This document shows, piece by piece, positions 27,190 to 40,112 of a DNA stretch of 64,000 bases (within the stretch, counting starts at the first letter, position 1; each line of letters starts with the position of its first letter). Under the pieces are notes generated by a model, which had not been told where the DNA came from, ran no database searches, and saw only the letters and a list, made by a program, of their open reading frames with translations. A program made the translations under genes and the position numbers. Origin of the DNA: Octopus vulgaris (taxonomy: Eukaryota); NCBI GenBank assembly GCA_951406725.2, contig OX597824.1:2356001-2420000 (forward strand), read 5' to 3'.

Positions 27190-27745
27190 TCTCTCCTCCT
27201 CCTCCTGACCAGAGGGTTGCTAAAACTTTCTTTCAGCTTCACCCTTCAACAAGTATAGATCGACTTCTCTGTCCTTCGTAAGCCGATTTTTCACATGCGT
27301 TCTAACTAATTTTTCCACCTTCCAGGCAAAAAAAGCCCTTATTGTCTGTTTCCTGTCCTGTTTTTTCTTCATTTGTATTGCTTTTACGTCCTGTTTTTGT
27401 CACTTGTTTTACCCTTCTACAAAAGAATTTTATTTAATTCCTTTTGCAGGAAGGACAGCTTCGACTGTGCTCTGTCCTTACCTTCGAAACACACTTTGAG
27501 TCGAACCAGGGACAGCTGATGAAGGGGAATTTTCCTTGTATTGTTTGTCCTGTACTCTGTTTTTTCGTTGTTTGATTTTATGTTCACGTCTCTCGTTGTG
27601 TTCTACGTTTATTTGTGGTGTCCTGTACTCATGTATATATATGTATGCATGTATATATACATGTAGATGTAAGTATGTACATATATGTATGTATATATGC
27701 ATATATTTTATTTATTTATTAAATTACTATATGACCGAACGGACG
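26549..27745 (+). mobile_element. Non-coding Penelope-like/retrozyme-like element with inverted and partial-tandem terminal repeats
   Basis: Direct repeat 26708-26847 / 27607-27743; 26549-26694 is an inverted copy of about 27548-27666; hammerhead-like motifs at 27445-27530; three internal CT-rich repeats. Confidence 0.65.
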
Positions 27746-27746
27746 C

Positions 27747-27754
<8 letters not shown>

Positions 27755-27821
<67 letters not shown>

Positions 27822-28091
27822 CCTTTTATCAATTCAAAATGAACAATTAATTTACACCATCTAGAAAATTACATATATAAATATTAAAATTAAAATAACA
27901 ATAAAATACCGATGATTAAAAAATTTGCAAAAAAATAATAAAAACGTATATATTTGGTAGAATAACGTTTTTATTATTTTTTTTGCAATTTACTTTATCA
28001 TCGGTATTGTTATTTTAATTTTAATATTTCTATCATATGTAAGTTTCTAGATGGTATAATTTAATTGTTCATTTTGAATTGATAAAATGTG

Positions 28092-28155
<64 letters not shown>
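27755..28155. repeat. Long fold-back inverted repeat
   Basis: Arms of about 125 bp unique sequence (27820-27947 vs 27965-28092), extended by (TA)n(GA)n / (TC)n(TA)n; 17-nt spacer. Confidence 0.9.
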
Positions 28156-28182
<27 letters not shown>

Positions 28183-28262
28183 TATATTGTGTGAAATTTG
28201 ATTTAGTATTTCTAAATTGAATTTTTTCCCTGTAAGTTAGGATTAATATTCCCTCAAATAAT

Positions 28263-28293
<31 letters not shown>

Positions 28294-28821
28294 GTATATG
28301 TAGATATATATACTGTTAACAAAGGTCGCGATACGTGGTATTCAGTTACTCATCGTTAAAGGCACGAAACTGAGTACCAGTATATTTTTGTCGATAACTG
28401 ATGAAGAATTAGGGTCGTTCTATATCTGTCCGACGTGTATGTTTTGTATTTAATGCATTTTATATGTGTGTATGTGTGTGTGTGTGGAGGGTTAATTTAC
28501 AGTGATAATATGAACCCTGTTTGGGAATTGTGAGACATTTTGTTTAGAAAACTATGCAAAGTGTATATTGTGTTGGGGAACCTATTTTTTATCCAAAAGA
28601 AATATTACTCCAACGCACTCTAACAAGACACGTGACTCATTTGCACTCATAAAATTGGCTTCCATTTAGCAGTTCAGTGTCTGTTACGAATAGATATGAT
28701 TCTCTCTCTGTAACAACGGAAGTCCAGATTTAGATACGAATTCTTTTTAATTCAGTTTCGCTTGTGTTGTACCCTACGATTTATATGAAGTTCGTTAAGC
28801 TTATGTTACATTCTTCATATG

Positions 28822-28865
<44 letters not shown>

Positions 28866-28877
28866 TATATATATATA

Positions 28878-29175
28878 TCACCGTGATCACCGTGACCCAC
28901 CAAGCTATCAGATGTTGCTACACATCGCTGGTCACAATGCGCTTCGCATTGTTTTAGCCTTCAAATGACGCCACCCCGCTGGCTAAGCGAGCAGGCCAAC
29001 AGAAGAGAGAGAGAAAGTTGTGGCGAAAGAGTACAGTAGGGATCGCCACCGCCCCCTGCAGGGGACTCGTGGACCTTTAGGTGTTTTCGCTCAATAAACA
29101 CTCACAACTCCCGGTCCGGGAATCGAAACCACGATCCTACAACCTCGAGTCCGATGCCCTAACCACTGGGCCATT
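28878..29175 (-). mobile_element. tRNA-derived SINE family C
   Basis: Minus strand TGGCCCAGTGGTTAGGGCA (box A) and GGTTTCGATTCCC (box B); body shared with 49165-49528. Confidence 0.85.
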
Positions 29176-29904
29176 TTGTTTTTAATTTAAACATATATAT
29201 AACCATCAAAAAGTATTAAAAAGTTTAATATAAGATAATAGGTAATTCCACTACATACGTTTCATGGCTATAACCCAATTCGAGTTACAAGGAGAGAAAA
29301 AATGTGTGTAGTGGCTAACGATCTATCATGGCGACTGGAAGGAATAAAAAACTGAAAACGTAGATGGAATCAAAATATATATATATCAAGTACATTTATT
29401 ACGGACTTCCGACAATGCGCAATGGGTTACAGTTAACACTTTTATACAGTAACCGGACGACAGTTTAATTGCATGCGCGAACAGAAGTAATATCTCATTT
29501 GAATTTCTACTTAGCAAAACATTGAATATTCGAATAAACTCTACAACTTCTTTCGTTATTTGTGTGTGATGGAAGCCATGCAAAAACTTTCATTGCTTTT
29601 TTTTCGAACACATTCTTGATCATTAAAAGAGTGATTTTTTATTCCTTCTACTTTTTCATTTTTTTACTCCTTCTACTTTTTCAGTTCTTTCTTATAATTA
29701 CACCTTTTGTTTCATTATCTTTTTTTTCAGTTAATACTCTTCCTTTATTCACCATTGTTTTTTTAATTAAGGGCGGACAAATTGCTACTAAGCATTTTGC
29801 CCGAAGTGCTAGCTATTCTGAGAACTCACCGCTTTAAACATGAACTGAATATCAAAAAATCGATAATGCAGTCAATATCGATAATCGATAATGCATTAAT
29901 ACAC

Positions 29905-30090
29905 CGGAGAAAATTCTTAGCGGCATTTCGTCCGCTTTCACCTTCTGAGTTCAAATTCCATTTAGATCAACTTTGCCTTTTAATCCTTTCAGGGTCAATA
30001 AAGAAGTACCAGCTGAGCCCTGGGGTGGATGTAATCAACTTACCACTCTCCCAAAATTGCTGGTCAGGTGCCAAAACTTGAAAGCAATAT
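29905..30090 (+). mobile_element. SINE family B, degenerate
   Basis: TTCTGAGTTCAAATTCC...CTTTGCCTTTTAATCCTTTCAGGGTCAATAAAGAAGTACCAG. Confidence 0.75.
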
Positions 30091-30539
30091 TTTAGGCAAT
30101 ATTTTAAGGCGGCGAACGGGAAGAGTCCTTAACACGGCTATTAATGTCTATGGATGATGCATAGTTGATATTTTAGGTTGTTATTTTTACATTATATCTA
30201 TGGTTTATACATTAGGTCAGTCGTTTCATGAGTACCTATGTATTAGATGCATTATCACTAAAAATATAACTTCCATCATCACACGTGTGCCTGATTAATC
30301 GTTGCTGTGCTTTTTGTTATAAAGGTAAATAATGTGCGTGGCTAAAAGTTTTTGAACTTGGCTGCTGATCTTCTGTAGCCTATGAAGCAATGATACAAAT
30401 CGTATGAACTACTGAACTTCAATGTAGATGACCAATAGATTGAACAACCTAGTCTTTTCTTTTAAATTGTATGAAATGGCGTTGGTCATTCGTTGGGTTT
30501 TCTAAGCGAAAATGCGACATTTGTTTTATACAAAAAGTG

Positions 30540-31090
30540 ATTCATTCCGTCAACGATATCATTACCGTTTATTTTCAGTGTCTTCTGCAGTTTTTGCCGC
30601 AGATTTATTATTCCCTGCTCAAAGACTTTCCTGTCGTTATCGGCGAAAACCAGTCCCACGTGATTTTTTTACATCCACTTCAGAGTTGATGGGATGTTCA
30701 TTTAATAAAGGGGTGGAAATCTGAAGTTACAAGATCGGGCAAAGACGGAATCTTGCCAGCCAAGCTCCCGTAACTTCGTCTGCACCGAATTTTGCGACCT
30801 GCAATTGTCGTAATGAAAAACACAATGCACCAACGATTATCAAAATTTGGACATTTCTGGTGGACCGATGTGTTTAATTTGTCCAGCGGATCATAGTATA
30901 TATCCATTCGAATTAATAGTAAAAAACAAGTCTTCCAATCCCATCAAATGGAACGCATAACCTTATTCAATTGAAGTACTGGTTTGGAGGTTGGCTGTGT
31001 TGGGTTCGCCGCGCCTCCATCCGTGGTCGTTTGCACTTCACATTGTCATAGACGGTCAGTTATTTGTCCCGTCACGATTCTCTGTAAAAA
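30540..31090 (-). pseudogene. Degenerate mariner transposase remnant
   Basis: Minus strand IVTG.., YDNVK, HYDNCRS (HDNARPH-like) and PSLPDLVTSDFHPF (YSPDLAPSDFHLF-like). Confidence 0.7.
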
Positions 31091-32249
31091 AAATAATAAT
31101 TTTTTTCACGTTTCTATAAGAGAATCTTATAGAAAATGAAAACTTGAACGGAGTTAATAGACCGAATCAGCGGGATACGTTGCAACACTTTTGGCCATTT
31201 GAAAAATGCAGTTCAGAGAGGGCGAAGAGAAAAGATAAGTATCGAATCCATTACAGGAATGGTACTTCATTTATCGATCCTAAGTTGATCTCACATTGAT
31301 TTGAAATCAGAAGACAGAGACTAAAAAATGGATAACGCAAGATAATTAATTCCCAAATGGTTTTGTCAAAACATCCACTGAGCTACCAATGTGTAAGTAG
31401 GCAAAAATCAAACAGGGAACATAAAAAAGCAACATTGATACAAATAAGATGTCTGATGAGATTATAGTTTTAAAAAATGGAGAAGAGAAGGAGCCTGTAG
31501 GATGATAGGATGACTTGCGTCGGTGGTAACTCCATGTGAATCTGTCGAGGGAATTTTGTTTTCTGGTCTGAAATGCCTTTGTATCTAATAAATTGGATGC
31601 TGCTTTTCGTCTCAAGCATCCCTATATCCTTCATCCGCGATTTTATTTCTGAATGCATGACTTTACGTAAATCGTGTTAAAATAATATTTAACTTTAGTA
31701 AGCTCATATCAACGTAAGTGATAGCAAACATATTTATCTTTCGAAAAATAATGTTATGTTGTAATAAACTAAATTCAACATATACAATATTTATATCTAT
31801 ATTTGGATACAGATATTTACATGTAATACTCTTTCAAGTGAACATCTTGTGATTAAAAAATCTCTGTTGGTTTCATGTTTCCTTTGATGGTAAAGGAATC
31901 GAAAATTTAGCCCGTTACACAGACATGATCACGCAACAATACTGAACAGACAGAAATATTGCTGGTGCTCTTTCATTTAATAATTCTTCTATTACAAGAT
32001 TTTTCTTGAAAATTTTCTTTTTATACGTATTTGATGTCTTGTAAATCTTTCGTTTTGCAATTTCAAATTATTTCCATTCTCTCGTATTTTGATAATTCTT
32101 ACGTACACACTACATGCATGAGAATACACAATAAAACATACAAATCTGCACATACATACATACATACATACATACATACATACATACATACATACATACA
32201 TACATACAAATCTGCACATACATACATACACACATACATACATACCCAA

Positions 32250-32470
32250 ATACCCTGTTGTTGATGTTGGATCTACGTTAGAAATTGGTTCTTTCTCTAT
32301 TGGCAGGAAATATTGAAATAAACTGAATAATGGCATACGCACATACAAACAAACAAAAGTATCCTGTTGTTGATGTTGAAATTCCGATGAAGGATCCTTG
32401 GATTTAGTTTAGAAACCGGTTTTTCTCTAGTGGCAAGAAATTTTGACAAAAACTGAATAATGACATACAT
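32250..32470 (+). repeat. Partial tandem of a ~110-bp pLTR-like unit within (TACA)n
   Basis: CCTGTTGTTGATGTTG...AGAAA(T/C)(T/C)GGTT...AAACTGAATAATG occurs twice; the second copy carries CCGATGA-AGGATCC...GAAACCGGT. Confidence 0.75.
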
Positions 32471-32699
32471 ACATACACATTACATACACTCATAATATAC
32501 AATTTTTGCACAAAATGGTGATGGAAATTAGGAAGTGGTTTTGTTTTATATGGCATCAAAAAGAGAGGAGATAAAGAGCGTGATATATGAATAGATTTGA
32601 AAGGCAGTTAATCACCGTGGAAGGAAATAAGGAATTTAATCGGTCGTCTGAATCATAGGGAATCATTTTTATTTCTAGTTTGGGGTGAATGTTGCAAAA

Positions 32700-32746
<47 letters not shown>

Positions 32747-32889
32747 CCTGAGCGCCCAATAATACTTTAATTGTTCCACATCCTCGCGTTGTTGTCTTTT
32801 TGTTTTCTTGTTTGGATTAACTTTATATATACATATATATATGTATATATATAGACATCAATATACATACAATAGAGAGATGTTTTTGC

Positions 32890-33105
32890 TTCACTTTTAA
32901 CATGTAATACTGAAATAGTGGAGAAGATATGATATTGCTGTGGGCTCGCCCTAGGCAAGAATTTAAAGATTGTTTTTGCCCTTGACACTACATGGACGCT
33001 AAGTACGGTATGTGTAAAATTTGAATGAAATTGGTTGTGTAGTTCTCAAGTTATAGGGATTCACACAGACAGACAGACACACTTTCACAGTTTTATATAT
33101 ATAGA
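32890..33105 (-). mobile_element. Non-autonomous Helitron-like 5' end
   Basis: Minus strand A|TCTATATATATAAAA followed by (TCTG)n and CAACCAATTTCATTCAAATTTT, typical of non-autonomous Helitron 5' termini; no 3' CTRR end identified. Confidence 0.6.
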
Positions 33106-36100
33106 TTTCGTTGTTACACGGAGAATACACTTTTTTCGAAATGTAATCTTCCTCACATTCTAGTCTTCAAAGTCAGTCACACTCAGCAGAGATTGTGTTT
33201 TATCTTCAAAATTATTCTATCGTTTCCTAATTGTTTTTATTATTATTTTGCGCTTGGAATTATATCTTGTCTTCGTAGTTGAAAAAAAAAAATGTATTGA
33301 TTTATTCATGTATCTTTCGCTTCTCATCTCACCTTCCATGATTCTCGTGGAATAGTTAATATTGCTAGCCATAGTTTATGATGTGAAAGAGAAGAAAAGA
33401 ATACAAAAAAAACCCCTCAAAATAGAGAAAACAACTAATGTTCCTGAAGTGAAACAAAAAAACATAAATATCTTGAGAATCATTACGATTAACAACAATA
33501 ATACATTTTTGAAGCTATAATTCTTTCAAGAAATTTAGACAGAGTGGAAGTGTGAGAATTAAAGAAGTTCTTATAGCAGACACATATTTTTCGAAGACTT
33601 TTCGAGCGTTGCTAAATGCGTAAAATTCTAAATTTATTTAAACGGAATTTGAAACTAAAAATAACTTCATACTAAAAAAAAACAAACTTGGAATTATTTT
33701 TGTGATTGGAGACGAAATTTTCAGACGATCTGAATGAGTTCTCTCATAATTTAGAAGAATGGAATTTTCTATAAATATATGCGAAATATATGTTCTCAGG
33801 GTTGATCATTGTTTCTTTTATCATTCTTCGTTATTTAGTTGTTGCATCCAGAATTATTCTTTTACAATGCTCTGTATTAAGTTTCAAATTTGTAGGTGGA
33901 CATTATTTAGTATTCCGTCCTATTTCCCTTAATCGTACGCACACCCAGAGTACCAAATTTCTGTTATGACGTATGTCACGTAATTGTAATTGTTTTATTT
34001 CTGCAGCGTAAAATCTGACGAATGATAATTATATACACTTTCTCTGTAGTAATGGATTTTTCAGTATTTTCTTTCAATGAGCCTCGGTTGGAATAATTAA
34101 ATGTTTAAAGATAATATTGACTTTGAAAACAGGAAGAATCTAGAGATTTGATACCAATTAAGAAAATAAGAAGAAAATGAAAAATAAAAATATCGAAAGT
34201 AAATAAAAGACGGATTATAACGTAAATAAATAATTAAATAACTTATACGCAATACGAAAATCCTGATTAATAAGCAGTGTATGCGTATCCATGCACGTAT
34301 CCAAGCAATTTCAGCATTTTATGTTCGTTTCTTGTTATAAACCCAGAACAATTAGGCAAAGAGATTTTCCGGATTAAACATGACTAAAATGGATACGTAT
34401 AGAGAAAACCAAATGTTTCCTAGGAACAAACACCACCAAAAACTTACACAGCCACATTCAATATTTAATACCCGTAAAGAAGTATGATTAAGTATTTTGT
34501 TGTTGGTGATGGTATTATTATTACTTTGCACTGGATCAGACCGGATCAAACGGAACTAGGTTCAAACGTTATTCTACTACTGACCATATTGTTCTTTTGT
34601 TCTCCAAGCGATGGGCTACCTTATCCACTTTCACGATCAAGCAACGGCATAATTATATTCATAAAGAGAAAATCCGGAGCTTATTTACTTTTTGACTAAT
34701 CAGGACGTCTTAAGGTATAATAAAGAATGGTTGATGGTAATAAATGAGAAATCGTTAAACCAAAAATTGGTATATCTCTAAGTAATTGTAAATTGTAATA
34801 ATGACCGTTTCATTACTGGGTCTATCATACGACACCTGCACAATATTCAACTAGTTTCATGGCACAACTAATTAAAATATCTTGGAAACTGCTTCACCTG
34901 CAAAAATGTGTTCAAGAATATAGAAATTCTTAGATATAGTTTATACATATGGCGTTGAGAGTAAAATATCTGTGATATGCATTTTATTCTCAGCGCGAAG
35001 GTGAATAAACGAAACCGTTCTGGTTTATTTTGCCATCACAACGTTTACAAAATATTGGATTGCATATCATTGGACATATCCTACCAAAATTCTTGAGCTT
35101 GACAATTAGTCGTTACTAAATGAATTCCTTAAAAAACATCACATGTCCTGACTCTAACAGCTTTCCGAGTGAAGAGTGCAAATATAGCGTTATCAGTTTA
35201 GCGAAGCAGAATTCAACGAATTCAGTTTCTCTACCTTTGGAACGTACTAATTTCATTATTATATAAAAGAACAAAACGGATAGAGCCGTCTGTAGAAATT
35301 TTCGACGACAAGGTTAATATATTTCTAGCGTAGAGAAGTTAAAGAATTTTGATGAATCCTGTTTGTTAATCTCGAACTGCTACATTAGCTGATTTGGAAT
35401 GGAAGTTGCTTTAGAGCCAACGAACTCACTGTTCTTCGAATATTCATCTTCGAATATTTCATCTGGTATCGAGTGATTGTTAAATGCAGGGAATTTTATA
35501 GAATAGGTCTGTTATGTCGAACGGAATGACAGGGGAATGTAGAAAGGTGCGGTGGGCCAATATATCACACGTTTGCTCATTTCTTGGACTGAGAATTAAT
35601 GACGATATCACAAAAGATGCAAATTCGTCGAAGAATCGGAGGAAAAAAGAACCTAAAATACTTGATGGCCAGATTTTAACATGGGTCAGATACGCTCAAA
35701 GACCACAAAAACAACATGTATAAAACACTTACCTCTATATATATATATATAAATATATATATATATTTATATTTATATGTATATATATGTATGTATACGT
35801 ATTAGGGCGAAAATATCTACGTTGTGCTTACTGCTCAATCTTCAAAAGTTCATCGAGATTACAATGTAATAAGAACAGGCAACGATTCATTCAATCTTCA
35901 CCCTCACTGAGCAAATTTGCACATTGCGAACTTTTGGAAACTGACCATTAACTCCCGGTTGGCCTTTTCAAAGAAAAATTCATAGGTATCAGAAATGATT
36001 TTGATTGTATCCATGGGGGATAATCATGAGAGACTGTCGATTTACTTTAACCTGCAGCCATACTGCATCTTCAAGAAACTTCACTAGTTTCGGAACAGAT

Positions 36101-36365
36101 ACAGGCCGCACTGATATATTATTGGCATCCGTCAGTGATGTTTTCTTTATCCTTTTCTCTTCTTGATAACATTTAACTGAGTAATGAAGAAAGTTACCGA
36201 AAGGAGCAGTGTGCCCTTCAGTACTGGAGATAATGAAAAGGTTTGTATTCTGGATGTCCCAGTTGGAAGTAGCAAGAATTCAGTCGTGGCAACTGCATGC
36301 ACTAGGAATTAACTGCATAAAACCCAAAGTTATGCCAATTAATGCAGCAGTCAAAGCTTCTATAT

Positions 36366-36554
36366 TTAGTTGAGCGCACATTGTGTAAGATGTGACATAT
36401 TATTTGTTAACTGGCGATTAGGTTGGGAAATGATGGAATCGTACAGAGTGATATGATCAACTGAATTTTGCAAGAACCTTCTGGCGGTGTAGATTACAAA
36501 TCTTAAACCTGGTATGAATCCGCAATGTTCTAAGAAGAGATAATAACAATGCAC
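36366..36554 (-). pseudogene. Possible very old RTE-type RT remnant
   Basis: LEHCGFIPGLRFVIYTARRFLQN loosely resembles the QCGFRPGR....IFTARQLQEK motif; flanks not resolvable. Confidence 0.3.
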
Positions 36555-36806
36555 AGGGAACGCTACACCAATGGTACATAGGAATTAGACCGAGATTTAT
36601 CAGACAAGACAGAATACAAAATGAGGAAAGCATCGCAGGCAGAAAATTGCGGACATTGCAAAATATAATTATGATGCGCCCGGTTTATCTGACCAGGCAT
36701 GTCATATTATTCATATATGCATAAGTATACATATACACACACACATATATATATATATGATGCTTGTGTTTGTGTGTGTATATATTTGTGTTTATATATA
36801 TATATT

Positions 36807-36861
<55 letters not shown>

Positions 36862-36984
36862 GGGTGGGGTACATATGTATTTATACGTATGTATGTGTAT
36901 ATGTATATATCTGTATGTCTCTATATATGTCTAGGTGTATGTTTGTGTGTATACATATATGTATATATATGTATACGTATATAA

Positions 36985-37030
<46 letters not shown>

Positions 37031-39599
37031 GCGAGTATGTGCGTGCGCCCGTGTCAATGTGTATGCGTGTGAGTATATGTGCATATACATAGTTATATAC
37101 CAACATACAAGAATGCGTGGAGTTAATTCCTCACCCAATAATCTACTAAAACCACAGGACATATTTGCCATTTCTAGGTTCTCTATTCGGATCGATTTGG
37201 ACCATTAACTAGCAGAGCTTTAAGAGATAATTCCTGTAAATTATGCAGGTAAACTGATAAATATGACAGAACTATGAGAAACAATGAATCAAAATGCGAT
37301 TACAAAGAGCCACTTACAGCGAAGGTTACGAAGAAGGTTATCGTTGGACACATAATTGGATTTCGTTTGGGCGGAATATAGACAGGCGCAATAAAATGTC
37401 CGAAACGTGTCTCTTCAATCGTATCATGTTATAGTTCTTAATGAAATCAGTCTAAAGAAAGTCTTTGACAATGATGAATATTCTATAAAGATGTTTTGGA
37501 ATCTAGTTTTCTTCAGTGACACTAATGCATCCTATTATTCTTTGATTCTTTCATCGATAAGACAAATGTGAATGACTCCCGATCAGGAACATTATTTCCA
37601 TACAAAGAATTCGGACAGCTTCTCTATGTTGTGTGTATAATCGAATCAGATATATTTAGCGTCAGATAGCACGAGGTCGTCGACATTTTTAAGAGAGAAA
37701 CAACATTTCTGTTCATAAGGGATAAAAGCATGCTATGATACTTTATTCCAACCATGACCATGATGAAGCGTCGCTTTGTACTTTAAACGACGGAGTCAGA
37801 ATCGCTTTCACAACCATTTTCGGTTTCTAGAAGCAATATTGTCTTATTTATTTTCCTTTACTTTTCTTTGAATTCCAGGTTACTTTCGGGGTGAGTTTTG
37901 TTTCCCCTTAAGTGTCAGCTCATATCTGTGAGGTGGAGACATAATCCAGCGTTCATGTGAGAGTGTTAACTATTTTCGATAACTTAATTCACTTTGATCT
38001 CTCACCTTTATTCTCATTTGTCTTCAGTAAACTTTAACACTTAATATGAATAATTTTACTATAAATAGTATTCGTACAAATGCTGTTTCCTGTTTTAAAT
38101 ATAATCTCTACGGTTGTGTTGAAGAAGATGGTAAATTCGAAATATATTTATCGAAAACAAACGGAATACTTTAAAAGCTTACAATATAAAAGTATTTTGC
38201 CCATATATTTCCAGTCGACACAAAACATGTAGTCTCTTGGAAATAACCTGTTCCTCGGTTCGCAAAAAGTGAATAAAATGTAAGGTATAGGAAGATAGCT
38301 ATTTAATGAAAGCCATGTATTGTAATACAAGTGGAAACCGCTGTGCATCGTTTTCTCCCAGTAAATTGTAAAATATTTCTCCCTGTAAACTCTGTAAAGT
38401 ATTCGAAACAACAATCACACAGGTTTCTGCGACCATATGTACAGTTCCTATCGTGTCAAACAATTAAGAAAAAAGTGATACAAACCTGAAAAAGAAGGAA
38501 TTATAACGAAATGGGTTATTTCGCGATCTTTTATTCAGGAGGGAAGGGAGTGGACACGGCTCTTCTTACAGGGAGTCTAATAGAAGGAAGGGAGGGTATC
38601 CGTTATGTTGGAAATCTGCACCGGGTAGGGTCCCAAAATACATCCCAGGTGGAAGGTTTAATCTAGTAAACAATCAGTTGATCCTCGAAATAAGTACTTA
38701 GTTCCTTACCAGATGTTTTTCTAAAGCTATATTTGCGAATAGGTATGATAAACGGTTTAATTTGAGAAGTAAGCTATATTGTCAAGCATTGCACAGCAGA
38801 ACTCTTTATATTCATTATGCTTTTGACTTTATAAAGAACAGCTGCTATTAATGGCTAAGGGATATTAGATAATTGCAAACGCACGGTCTTCAACATAGGC
38901 ATTAAAATGCAAGCAGGCGCATAACAAGTTTGTTTGCTGTTTACATATAAAAACAGCAGTTCTTGTAAGGGAGTGGAACAGGTAAAATCCCGGCTGCATG
39001 TGTTTCCTAACCAGCAGATTACTTTGCTGTAATAATTACTGAACGAGGAGAGGAGTATTCAGTTAGTTACACAAGGCCAAAGATACCTTCATTATATGAA
39101 GGTTACATTGTCGTTAAGTAACCTAAAGTTAATTCACTGAAGATTCCTTGACGACTCTATAACATTCATATAATTCAGGCCTCTTCGGCTGGGTGTGTAG
39201 TTAGCCGAAATATATGCAGCTTGGATTTTATCTGCTCCATTCCCTCAATTTGGATATTTATTCGCATTCATAGCAATTTTAGTTGCTAATAGTGACCTAT
39301 TAATTAATTTTTTTTCAGCTTATCTAACTTCGATATGATAAAAGCTTCCAAGTTTCGACGCCAATAAATAATCATTTTTTCGTTATTTCTTATAACAACC
39401 GCCGACTGTTCGAATCTTACAGCCTTCCTACACTTAAATCTTTGGACCTTAAAATTACATACACACACACACGCTCGCGCGCGCGCAACTCGTAAACGCA
39501 ATTACGTACACACACGTGCTATTACATACCTCCTTCTCTTATACTCTCCTATCTTATGAAGAACTTTTTCTTCACCCATTCCCTCCCGTCATTTCAAAA

Positions 39600-39785
39600 T
39601 GTAACCACATGTGAATCGTTGGCTATTTTCTGCCCCCGTCTTCGCTTCTATTGGACTTTCTTCTATTTCCGAAGAAGAGTGTCTGCTCGAAACATTAATC
39701 CATCTTTCTTACCGTTCCTGAGCATCTGCTAATACTTTACATGTACCTCGCGTTGTCTTTTCTGTTTGTTCTTTCTGGATTTACC
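39600..39785 (+). mobile_element. Short hammerhead-motif repeat (family H relative)
   Basis: CCGAAGA-A-GAGT-GTCT-GCTC-GAAACAT (39669-39695) followed by TTCCTGAGC and a T-rich tail into (TA)n. Confidence 0.6.
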
Positions 39786-39788
39786 ATA

Positions 39789-39828
<40 letters not shown>

Positions 39829-40081
39829 GAGAGCGAGAGAGATTGATATATATATATAATGTATGGGTGTATTTCTGTATACTTACACACGCATATATAT
39901 TTTTGTGTGTATATATAAATACACATATTAATATAGATATATTCATATTCATACAAACATATATATATATATATATATATATATTAATATAAATATATTT
40001 GTATACATATATCTATATTTGCATGGATATGTTTGTGTGGGGGGCTATGTGTGCGAGTATATATATATATTTACATAGATG

Positions 40082-40112
<31 letters not shown>

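Noticed and set aside
37350-37900. Possible Tc1-like remnant on the minus strand
   Set aside because: Only faint motif resemblance (FIMVMVGI); catalytic residues not recoverable.
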